A stretch of DNA of 64,000 bases, from the NCBI GenBank assembly GCA_964016885.1, contig OZ024743.1, positions 347,510,001 to 347,574,000 of the forward strand. The letters are read 5' to 3'. Positions 1 through 11,594 of the stretch are shown piece after piece. Source of the DNA: Eledone cirrhosa (Eukaryota). The number at the start of each line of letters is the position of its first letter. The stretch's first letter is position 1. The position numbers were made by a program, and so were the translations under genes. The notes under the pieces are model-generated. The model had not been told where the DNA came from. It ran no database searches and was given only the letters and a program-made list of their open reading frames with translations.

Positions 1-950
1 GGAATAAAATCATATAACACTCACCATCTACCAACACCGATACACGAGGCACCATTTACTCTATGATGTTACGCAAACTCACTTTCCAAGCCTCAAATAT
101 ACATACAAACAGCGCAAAACACGCTTACGGGTCAAGAATACATATGCAACGTATGAAAAAAAAAACGTAGACAGATTCACATATATTTATAATTATAAAC
201 TTGTTCCTCACAACCAAATAAACATAAACAATGAGCCTTAACATTCTCAACGCATCATAAGAATCTCAACTAAATACCGACTGCCTACCCCAATGAGAGA
301 CACGCACAACTAAGCACACATACCACACTTCCAAAACATAATGAAATAACATGATCATAACCCTCTGTCATAAATTATGTACAAAATATATATGAAAATA
401 AGCAATTACACAACATCGATATAACATCTACACACAATAGCACACTTAAAAGATGTACATCTATATATGTTTAAAAGAAAACCCTAATAAAAAGATAATG
501 ACGCCAGATTTGGTTCGAAATGCCTGAAAGAAAAAAAAACTGCCACAAACAGATCTGATGAATTATAGACATAAATATATTAGCAAACATGACACCTGAT
601 CCAACCAGACGCATAAAACGTAATCTTGACGAGAGACTAGCCAAAAATTCATTACCCTACTCTCCAACTCTACTTCTAAAACGTTATTTTAATCACACAG
701 ATATCTCTACAGAGTTACATCCCAAGCTATTTTAACCTTTTTAAATGTTTCGTTTTCATTTTTATTGCTGTCTTCCGCTCTACTTTTTCTGTGTATGTCT
801 AACCTTAGAATCAAGATATAACTCTGCCTCTGATGAGATATTCAATGAGAAAATATAATACACACCATTTGATTTTAATTTCCTATTTTCTCATCGAAAA
901 GCAATGTTTTAGGGGAAACCATAAACAAATTATTTAAAAAAAAAATGAAT
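1..950 (+). mobile_element. Highly decayed Penelope-like retroelement remnant (RT thumb/GIY-YIG relic) ending in a hammerhead motif
   Basis: G-poor sequence with faint resemblance to PLE motifs in broken frames, followed by an HHR-like motif at 826-915. No open frame remains. Confidence 0.4.
826..915 (+). ncRNA. Degenerate type I hammerhead ribozyme (family A)
   Basis: CTGATGA at 830-836; helix II GAT..GAGAAAATA/TATTTTCTCATC; GAAA at 896; helix III AAGC-aat-GTTT, then UUA site at 911. Helix I is weak (CCT/GGG). Confidence 0.5.
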
Positions 951-1350
951 ACAAACAAAGGAAACAGAACTCCAGGTTCATTGGCCGATGAGGTGGAGTT
1001 TGGCAGTTTCGGCTCAACCGGGGTCACAGCGTCAGTCACAAGCCAAATGCTGTCCATTGAAGTAAGAGATGAGAGACAAAACATTAATTTATAGTAATTA
1101 AGCTACAAGAAGTAAACATAGAATTTTATGTGACGTCAGGGGAAATGTGTGGTGGCTCATGCAGGACGAGAATATTCATTGAAACAACCAAAAATAGAAG
1201 AAAAAGGCAAGAAGAAAGTAAGTTATCGTGTTAAAATGTGTTAGGCATTGCAATAAATGAGGGGGGGGGGACACATTCGCCACATTAGTATTGATAAACT
1301 TAAAGCATACCAAAAACAGGACAAGACAACGAACGAAAAACATTTCTTTT
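950..1350 (+). repeat. Unclassified interspersed repeat (copy 1 of 3)
   Basis: Aligns by eye with 1700-1918 (+) and with the reverse complement of 40895-41345 (shared caagccaaa..gtccattg..gacaaaa.attaatt.atag.aattaagcta..tgacg.cagg). Confidence 0.7.
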
Positions 1351-1351
1351 A

Positions 1352-1673
1352 ATGTACATAATGAACATAATGAACATAAACACACACAGACACCCGGATG
1401 TGGCGCATGCGCAGACTGAGCACACAACACACACACAGAAACAAAATGGCGTAGGACAGAACAAAGGAGAGGCACAGAAACAAAGAGGTCACAACGTGTG
1501 TGACGAAAGAACTATGACTATATATAAACAACTATCTGGTTGTGGAACCAACCAACCAACCAGAAATTTATAAAATTATAAATTTATTATAAATTTATTA
1601 TAATAAATTGAAGTGAAAGCAACTGGTGCGTGTGTTTCTTATTGGCAACATGACCCTCCCAAAGTATAACAAT
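1352..1673 (+). mobile_element. Penelope family B 3' UTR/pLTR fragment with the hammerhead core deleted
   Basis: Near-identical to 4850-5188 and to the reverse complement of 21028-21350. It lacks the segment containing agtca-CTGAAGA. Confidence 0.85.
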
Positions 1674-1699
1674 ACCTTAATAAATTATTATCTTAAAAT

Positions 1700-1918
1700 A
1701 AAAATACAAACGAAGGCAACTGAACTCCTGGGTCATAGACCGTTGAGGGGGACTTAGGCAGTTTCCACCCTTACCAACGGCACTGCCACCCCTTGTCACA
1801 GCGTCCGACATAAGCAAAACGCTGTCCAGTGGAGTAAAAGACGAATGACAAAACATTAATTCATTGCAATTAAGCTACATGTATACATTCAATTTTATGT
1901 GACGCCAGGCAAAATATG
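1700..1918 (+). repeat. Unclassified interspersed repeat (copy 2 of 3)
   Basis: Similar to 950-1150 and to 41130-41345 (-). Confidence 0.6.
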
Positions 1919-1972
1919 GAGAGAGAGAGAGAGAGAGAGATAGGGGGGAGAGAGAAAGAGAGAGAGAGACAC

Positions 1973-2053
<81 letters not shown>

Positions 2054-2057
2054 AAAA

Positions 2058-2090
<33 letters not shown>

Positions 2091-2650
2091 AAGAGAGAGA
2101 GAGAGATGGATATATATATATGTAGGTGTGTGTTTGTGTAAGGGGCTGAGCATCACAAAATTATAAATCCATTTATATATTATAGATCATAATATTCTGC
2201 CCTCTCATCACTTATTGGAACTAAACAGACAAATAAAAGCAAATATATATCACCACTATAAGAATACCACCCCTTTCTCCACTCACACATAAAAAAGAAA
2301 GCATTCTTCAGATGAATGACACGTGAATCAGAATTCTATCACCATTACCTCCACAGCACCAGTAACACTTCAGCGAATATATTAGTATTTTACCATTTCA
2401 AAAACCACAGGAGTAAATTTTTTTAAATGTTTAACTAAACCCTATCCCTAGCCCCACTGCCTTACTCACCTGTTCTTGCACACACACACATACATAGTCT
2501 TTCCTCACTCTCACAGTTAATCAACACCCTCACTCCCCTTCTCTCAGTTATTCACTATTTCACTCTATTTCCTCATCTCACTCTTTTATTAGGTCGTCTT
2601 CTATTTTTTATATCACGTTCATTATGTTTTATATTATTATATTATTTTAT

Positions 2651-2860
2651 GGCGGTGGATTGGCAGTAATTGACTGTGGATTGGCAGTATTGGTAGAGGG
2701 TCGGACGCCATGCTTTGACGTATAGGGTTACGGCCCTTGCCATTCTGAGTTCAAATCCCGCCAAGGTTAACTTTGCCTTTCATCCTTACGGGGTCGATAA
2801 AATAAAGTACCAGTAATCCACCGGGTAATTGCTGGCTTTGTGCCTAACGTAGAAACAATT
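2651..2860 (+). mobile_element. tRNA-derived SINE (octopus-type)
   Basis: A-box-like TGGCAGTATTGG, B-box GAGTTCAAATCC, body ctttgcctttcatccttacggggtcgataaaataaagtaccagt, tail gtgcctaa..agaaacaatt. About a dozen copies occur in the window. Confidence 0.85.
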
Positions 2861-4042
2861 ATATTATTTTATATTGTTATTGTTGTTGCGGCTCTTGTTG
2901 TTGATGTGGCTGTTATTGCTGCTGTTGTTGGTGATGCGGCTGTTATTGCTGCTGATGCTGTTGTTGTTGTTGTTGTGTCTGCCTCCGTGTACCTTTCACC
3001 ACGCTCATTTATTCACTCACATCTTTTCTGAGAACATGTTTCCTTACCACTTTTCGAGAGATATTTCTGTATCATTTCTTCTTTACGTTTTTCTGTTCAA
3101 ATCAAGCCAAGATGAACTCGCTTTTCGCTTTTCGGATGGTCGATAAAATAACGTAGAGCAGAGATGTATTTGACGGGCAAATTACTTGGCTGCTATCTTC
3201 TGCTACGTTACTCACCTTGTACCCAGGTTACAAACAGTCATTTACTAATATATGCCAGAATATATGTCCTTTTCTATCTCTAAATCTATCGTTCTCCGGA
3301 ACAGTGTGGTTAGTTCAGTCTGGTAAACGCCTACAATTTCCTAGAGAACGTTTTTGTTCTTGCGAATCAATAGTCCTCTGAAGATCACTAACATAGCATT
3401 TCCAGTGATAGCATTGCCCAACTCGTGGAGGGCTGTGAGCATGTGACATATTTCCAGATGCCAGGGGCTCAGATACATTCGTGGCTTTACGCTAGTCTGC
3501 TGTTCAGTCGAGGAGACGAGCTACGGAGAGACGCGTCCGACACATTTTCAGGAATATTTTTTAATGTCCTAGACTCAGCGCATGTTAGGAAATCATCAGC
3601 CACGGCACGCCCAGCCCTCCGTCAATCTTGTTCTTGTGTTGTCATATATACATATGTATACGTAATGCGAATTGAATAATATATGGGATGATTATGAAAC
3701 CCAGTTGAGAGTTTTGTATTGATTTTTTAAATAATAAACGGTATTCAAATGAGCTTCATCAAAAACACTAAAGAACTAGAAACAACGCGTTGTCAATTAC
3801 ATACCCTTGCATTTGCAGAGGTTAAATGTGTGACGTTGCAAAAGGCTCTCAAATGTTTTTCATAAATGCCCCCTATATTATTCAATAAATATTGTGTATG
3901 TATATATACATATATATGAATTTGAGAATGAATTGAAGTATGTTTACATATGGGCGATATAGTTTTATAGTTTCAAGACAAAACATATTTAACAACCAGC
4001 TGCTGTATAAACAGAAAGATCAATACTACAACAACATAAACA

Positions 4043-4115
<73 letters not shown>

Positions 4116-4206
4116 TAGATCAATAGAGTGAGAAATAGAGAGTGGGAGAAGGGACGGACAGATAGAAAGGGCAAGGAAGATATTGCGATAGATAGTTAGC
4201 TGGATA

Positions 4207-4287
<81 letters not shown>

Positions 4288-4293
4288 AGATAC

Positions 4294-4343
<50 letters not shown>

Positions 4344-4680
4344 TGTTTGATATAAACGAAAAGATAACGAGAATTAGAAACATAGTTATGAAAGGAAATA
4401 TGTGTAGTTTGGTCAAGTAATAGGATAAGACTAAGAAAATAGTTGCCCTTGGAAACACAGATATTCATTAATACAAAAATGTGCCAGCTGTAAGCAACAC
4501 ATTTCAGGAATTTGAAATGTAATAGTATATTTTTAATATAACTATTTTTATGTATATATTCACGTCCAAATGTTTTACCTTGTCTTCCTGTATATGTTTT
4601 CACTATTCTTTTTAATCATATCTATCTAACTAACAAAGTAACTAACTCACTATATTTATATATATATATATATATATATA

Positions 4681-5188
4681 TTGTTATACTTTGGGAGGGT
4701 CATGTTGCCAATAAGAAACAAAATTAAATAGAAAATATGAGTGGAACAGCAACATCACAACTTACAATTAAGGACAAAATGAAAACACACACACACATAG
4801 AACAAACAACCAACCAACAATAAATACATAAATAAATAAACAAATAGATAAATGAATACAAACACACACAGACACCCGGATGTGGCGCATGCGCCAACTG
4901 AGCACACAACAAACACACAGAAACAAAATGGCGTAGGATAGAAGAAAGGAAAGGCACAGAAACAAAGAAAGGAATCCCCAGTCACTGAAGAGGTCACAGA
5001 GTGTGTGACGAAAGGACTATGACTATATATAAACAACTATCTGGTTGTGGAACCAACCAACCAACCAGAAATTTATAAGTTTGTAGATTTGTAAATTTAT
5101 AAATTTATAAATATATAATAAATTGAAGTGAAAGCAACTGGTGCGTGTGTTTCTTATTGGCAACATGACCCTCCCAAAGTATAACAAT
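4681..5188 (+). mobile_element. Non-autonomous Penelope family B 3' fragment with a 40-bp inverted 5' end, inserted in (TA)n
   Basis: 4721-4771 encodes KLNRKYEWNSNITTYN*, the C-terminus of ORF 21440-22450. 4681-4720 is the reverse complement of 5149-5188. Confidence 0.9.
4980..5024 (+). ncRNA. Minimal type I hammerhead ribozyme (family B)
   Basis: Helix I AGTCA/TGACT; CTGAAGA at 4985-4991; one extra G; helix II GTCACA-gagtg-TGTGAC; GAAA; short helix III AGGACT; CUA cleavage predicted after 5019. Confidence 0.8.
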
Positions 5189-5347
5189 ATCGGTTTCAAC
5201 ACACGATTTCAGATAAAGAATCTTGCTAAACAAATTCAGAAACGATATATATATATATATATGTAAATATGATAATAATGGAGCTGCGGCGTTGCAAATG
5301 GGTTACAATATATATATATATATATATAGGAACAAGTATGACCCCGA

Positions 5348-5653
<306 letters not shown>

Positions 5654-6209
5654 CCAAGCTACTCTTGCTGGGTAGAGAACGACTACCTTCTTAAAAAATT
5701 AAGTTCCAAATATCTAATGCGGAAGGTTTGCCTGTTAAGACTAACCAAGTAGTGTGCAGTGAAATATATATGAGTAGTTTGCAAGACATATTCGACAGAT
5801 AGTTCTAGTCACATGCTACTTCATTAGACTCCCCGATATTAAGATTTAGACCTTTTTTAAAGACCTTGCCAATAGAAAGACTGAGGCCTCCACATAATAT
5901 AGAGAATTCTGGAAAAGATATGACCATATATCTGTAGTATAAATATGAACATTTCTGCACTGCCGAAAAATTCAGGATTCTCAATATTAACTCCAAAATG
6001 ATTCCTTGAAGGGCTTTTACATATCAAAAACTTCCCGCTTTCCTCGCGGATATAACTGACCACAATACTCGGCTCCGTTGTTCATATATTTATATTATAA
6101 CATATTACAATGTAAGAAATAATTCGAGGAATTAGATATTAATGTTACTCATTTCTATGTCATTGGAGAAAGTACAAATGACAAAATATGCTACACAGCA
6201 TTAATAAGA

Positions 6210-6679
6210 CTAGCAGAAAAACTACCCCTCAGGTGTTTTTTCTCCTAGCATGTATAGTGTGTATATTGATATTATACGCAAATATATATGCATGTAGATA
6301 TGATACATCAAATAAAATCGTAATTGACAATATACACAGACGAAAACTGTGTCACACTGTCTTATGTATCAGTAACGTAATCCATGATACATTAAAAAAA
6401 GACTATATTATATATAAACTGCATTAGGAGAAAATTAGTCACAGAAATATATGAATTTAAACGATCGTTAACCGGAAGTGTTGACGTTTAAAGATTTTAA
6501 AGAAGTGAATCTCTAAATAAGTAATAAAATATATTTAACGACCAGCCACGAAATTTAGTAGATAAAGTATGTAATATTCATTCGATTTTTATTCAAACTA
6601 ATCCAACTTATTTTACTAAGTGGATAACAAATTATAAACTGTACGCAGTCCCGCGCTTCTTACTTTATTATAGTTTAGA
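6210..6679 (-). mobile_element. Non-autonomous Helitron (copy 1)
   Basis: Minus strand reads A|TCTAAACTATAATAAAG ... 3' hairpin ... CTAG|T. This matches the TC/CTAG ends and AT target with no TSD. Homologous along its length to 39974-40465. Confidence 0.8.
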
Positions 6680-7346
6680 TATACGAAAAATTACGTTCTT
6701 ATATTTGGCACAAAAGCAGGGAGCAATTCGACACTAGTGCGTTACTATCACTTCTATGAGATTTTCAGTTCATTATTCATTATTCATTATTCAGCTCGAT
6801 ATTCATTATTTCGTTATTCACATGACAAACATAAAGACACACAGAGGGACGAAGGCGTAAACACATACGCAAAATATACCACAAAACAGAAGGCAAGATG
6901 GTGTAGCAGATACAAGTGGGTCAAAAGAGATAAACATTTCACTGGGGAGTTCACTTCTTGCGTGTCCGGCAAGGATACGAATTCTTGAAGGGATCTTCCC
7001 CGCTAATTGACATATCAATCACGCCTCTCTCCACAAATTGTAAACAATATTTGGAAGGACCCTTTTAGGAACACATTTGCTCTCCGGGGGCACGCAAGAA
7101 GAACATGTTTCTACCTGCAACATATCACATAAGCGAATATACATCTGAAGAAATCTCTCCCATACCAGAAATAAATGCAAATACTGCATCTTGGATTGCA
7201 TAAGTGTAGCCATAGAAATGTATAAACAAGTTATATAATTACAGTGGTATGTTTATGGTATATAAACTATATATGTGCTTTCATATAAACCTTTCTCTCA
7301 CTCAGTCCCTCTCTGATACTCTCTTTCTCCCCCACTCTCCATTCTC

Positions 7347-7382
<36 letters not shown>

Positions 7383-7450
7383 CAAGGAAAAGCAAATAAA
7401 GAAAACAATTTAAAATAAATTTCAGAACATCCACTGTACTTACTATATGT

Positions 7451-7532
7451 GCCTTTACCGCGGTTTCAGGTCCCAAAACAAATAGATAATCCAAGCGGAA
7501 TTTGATTAAGAAAGAGATCCTCGTCAGAAGGC
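7451..7532 (-). ncRNA. Type I hammerhead ribozyme (family C, copy 1)
   Basis: Minus strand: GCCTT-CTGACGA-GGATCTC..GGGACCT-GAA-ACCGCGGT-A-AAGGC. 5-bp helix I, palindromic helix III, GUA site. Confidence 0.85.
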
Positions 7533-7898
7533 TTTTCTCTCTCGGAGAATATATGATTACCGAGTTCGAAATACAAACTGCCGCCGCACAAAACTGCCCC
7601 AACAAATGATTGATGAAACAATTTTGTCTAGTACCGTGTGCAAAGACTGAAAGATGGTGGACAGGTGAATCTCTCACTACTAAAAATAGCAGCCGTTCAA
7701 ATGACCAAAGGTTTCTCTACCGTTTAGGAGAAGAGGAATAAAAGTATGTGTTCCTGCATGTAAATAATACACATAGGGATACACGTATAGTCCGACCGTA
7801 TGCAAGTAACAAGCCAGAACATATAAAATCAAGGAAAAGCAAATAAAGAAAAAAATTAAAAATAAATTTCAAAAAATTAACTGTACTTACTCGAATGT

Positions 7899-7979
7899 GC
7901 CTTTACGGCCGTTTCAGATCCCCAAAAAAACAAATAATCCAAGCGGATTTCCGTTGAGAAGGAGATCCTCGTCAGAGGA
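7899..7979 (-). ncRNA. Type I hammerhead ribozyme (family C, copy 2)
   Basis: Minus strand: CCT-CTGACGA-GGATCTCC..GGGGATCT-GAA-ACGGCCGT-A-AAGGC. Helix III is a different palindrome from copy 1. The 5' arm of helix I is truncated at the TA array. Confidence 0.75.
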
Positions 7980-8002
7980 TTTATATATATACACATACAT
8001 AC

Positions 8003-8098
<96 letters not shown>

Positions 8099-8147
8099 TA
8101 ATAAAATAATGAATAAACAAAGAAACACTTCCTTATATTAAAAAAAT

Positions 8148-8289
8148 TCATCATTTTACGATCGTTTCTAGGATATATATGTGTTAGAGTTGGTATGCAT
8201 ATTCTATAGATCTATGTACAATATTTATACAAACTATCAGAGGGAATATACATACCTACACATATATATGCTGTCTTCAGAAATAATGA
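8148..8289 (-). ncRNA. Type I hammerhead ribozyme (family D, left arm)
   Basis: Reverse-complement twin of 9657-9798. Confidence 0.7.
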
Positions 8290-8950
8290 TATTTGTTTAT
8301 TGAAAAAAACAAAGATTCAATACAATAGGTCTGTTTGGGAACAGGTTTTGAATTGACCAATAGAGAGATAGTGAGGGTCAAGATAGTAATATAGTAGTAG
8401 AAGAAACTTAAATTATGGGTAGAGGAAGGTAGATTTCAGTTTTGGATGGAAAAGAATATTATGAATGAAGGACTATTTTAGGGAAGAAATAGGTATTATG
8501 CTGACCTCAGAAATAATTTTATTTGTTCATTTAATAAAACCAACAAAGATCTAATATATTCTGTCTGTTTGGTAAGAGGTTTAGAATTAACCAATAGAAA
8601 GTTAATAATTGGCAAAATGGTAAAATAGTAGTAATTGAAGCTTATTTTAGGGGTAAAAATAGGTCAGGTGGTCAGTAAAAGGTATACAAGCAGTTGCTGT
8701 TATGAAATAGTAATGTCAATACACATATCTAAGGTGACTAAAGTTTTACGATAAGAATGTTAGTGAAAAAAATACGTCTATGAAAAGAATATAAATTAAT
8801 TTAATTAATGGGTATAATTTATATTGATAAAATTATACTAATACATATAGATATGATAAATAAGAGTTAGATGCAGTTGAAAATTGCTGTTAAAGATGAG
8901 GGGAAATTAAAGGAATATAAAAATAATATATATATATATATATATATATA

Positions 8951-8992
<42 letters not shown>

Positions 8993-9023
8993 CACATACA
9001 CATACACACACACATATACACAC

Positions 9024-9054
<31 letters not shown>

Positions 9055-9656
9055 TATATATATATATATACATGCATATATACATACATACATATATATA
9101 TATACACACATACACACTTACATATACATATAATTATTGGGGGGGGGGAATTACATTTATTAGTGAGAAATAATAAATATATATATTTTTCAAGGAACAT
9201 AGAGTCATAACCTGAAGTTAAAGCATTATATATGTTTACTTAATGGTATCAGTTTTAGGAAATGATAGTTGTAAGAAGGAAAGCAAAATTATGTAGTTCA
9301 TCAGTAGTAGAATATTAATTATAGGTTAACTGAATTAAAAATAGTTTATATATTAATTTCTAAAGTGTATATTAATTAGGTTTATAATATTTAAAGTAGA
9401 ATTATGTAGTACATCAGTAGTAGAATATTAATTATAGGTTAACTAAATTAAAAATAGTTTATATATTAATTTCTAACGTGTATATTAATTAGGTTAATAA
9501 TATTTAAAGGTTTTTCTCAGTTTATGATTACACGATATTATTAATTCCTGTCGTTTATTTAATAGGATATCCTTAGATTTCATTATTTGGTCAATTCAAA
9601 ACCTGTTCCCAAACAGACCTATTGTATTGAATCTTTGTTTTTTCAATAAACAAATA

Positions 9657-9798
9657 TCATTATTTCTGAAGACAGCATATATATGTGTAGGTATGTATAT
9701 TCCCTCTGATAGTTTGTATAAATATTGTACATAGATCTATAGAATATGCATACCAACTCTAACACATATATATCCTAGAAACGATCGTAAAATGATGA
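9657..9798 (+). ncRNA. Type I hammerhead ribozyme with long helix II (family D, right arm)
   Basis: 9-bp helix I TCATTATTT/AAATGATGA; CTGAAGA at 9666-9672; helix II includes ATATATATGTGT/ACACATATATAT; GAA-ACGATCGT-A (palindromic helix III, GUA at 9789). The 10.1-11.1 position is a C.A mismatch. Confidence 0.7.
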
Positions 9799-10290
9799 AT
9801 TTTTTTAATATAAGGAAGTGTTTCTTTGTTTATTCATTATTTTATTAATTTATCTTGACTCTATTTTCCGTTTATTTTTCACCGAAAGTAGTTTTTGAAT
9901 GCATCTTCTCTTTTCATGATATCCGGATTACATTGAGTTCTTCATACGGATTGGACACTACCGTAAACTTTTGGTAGATTTATCTACACACATATATATA
10001 TATATATATAGATATCATAAAACATGTCTATAGAATCACCAGATAAAATATATACCATTTCCTCTCCCAATTAGCGTAATTAATTTTATAAAAAATCGAA
10101 TAGACCAGGCTATAAGATTAAGGCTTCTATGAAGAAATCTCCAACAAATAACCGAAACTAGCCCTTCGCGTCGGCCGCAACGGAATATTTATCGAATATC
10201 ACGACAGCGTAATCGCCCAGATACAGACAGTCAATTAAACAGAATTAGGTGTAAAATAAACTAGGAGAAAAGAGAATACATTTAAATACC

Positions 10291-10370
<80 letters not shown>

Positions 10371-11594
10371 TAGCTTATCATTTAAATTATTGAGATCTAC
10401 ACATTAAAAATTTAGATCTATATATTATTAAGAAATCTATATATTATTAAGAATATATATTATTAAAAAATCTATATATTATTAAAAGAATATATTCATA
10501 TATATACACACGCACACACATATATATATACATATAAATATATATACATACAAATACATAAACACATACATCTACGTACATATACATATACATACAAAGT
10601 ATAAAGGATTTTGAAAATTTAAGATATAGGAATGTTCATAAACTTATGGATTTTTCTGAGAAAATCTTAGAAAAAACAGAGAAAATCATTTCTATGTAAT
10701 ATCAAAACAGCGTGAAGGAAATTACGATATTTAGTTATATAAATGTTACAAATGTTAAGATATTAAAGGAAATGTTATGTTATACACACTTTATGTTATT
10801 ATGCAATTTTTTTTATATATAAGTTTTATATCTAAGAAATCCACCTGTTAGTATTTGTGACTGTTATTATATAGGTTTGTTTATAACAAACCTTAAGAAA
10901 ATCCTTATAAACGAGTGCAATCGAATTGTATGCATATACATATATATACACAATCCCACATATATACACATAGACTATCTACACATATATGTAGATATGC
11001 ATCGCACATATATATATACATACATACACACACATAAATATATATACATTCATAAATACATATATACATATACACACATACATATATAGAGAGATATATA
11101 TAAATACAGTACATAGTATAATTGAAGTATATAAAATATATAATATAAAATAAAATAAAATAAAATAAAATAAAATAAAAAATAAAATAAAAAAAGAATT
11201 ATATTACGATTTGGAAATATAATTATAAGCAATATAACTTTAAATCAATATAATTTTTAAAATATTATAGAATGTTTCAAGTCATAATTTAAAAATAATA
11301 ATATGTTTAATAGATTCAGTATAAACATTTTCTTCGTATGTCTAACTAAATTTTATAGCCATAAGAGAAAGAAAGAGAAACTTTCAAAAGAAAACTTTCA
11401 AAAATAGGAGAAATTATCAAATAATATTTTCCCCTTTTAGGAGCTTTCAGTATGTTTCTCTAGAAGAGTTTTTAATATTTATTTATATTTAGGAAGAAAA
11501 GTTTTTTTTTACTTGAGAGTTTAAGCAGTCAAATGAAGGAATCTAATGATTTATCGATAGGTTCAATATATTAATAGAATTAATTAATTATATA

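Larger units (their letters stand above)
7374..7980 (-). mobile_element. Retrozyme-like non-coding element (family C): two ~155-bp direct repeats, each with a hammerhead, flanked by (TA)n
   Basis: Repeats at 7374-7528 and 7821-7976; no meaningful ORF. Confidence 0.75.
8093..9853 (-). mobile_element. Decayed Penelope-like element with ~267-bp inverted pLTRs (family D)
   Basis: 8093-8360 is nearly the exact reverse complement of 9587-9853 and each arm carries an HHR. The interior is a decayed RT-thumb-like relic with a 113-bp tandem duplication (9287-9510). Confidence 0.75.

Noticed and set aside
985-1036. Minus-strand CTGTGA..GAAACTG hammerhead-like motif (also ~1745-1806)
   Set aside because: The core lacks a base, helix I does not form, and the motif is not kept in the third copy.
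5760-6070. Possible GIY-YIG C-terminal relic with a ruined HHR (minus strand)
   Set aside because: Both core segments are mutated and the protein similarity is too faint to support a call.
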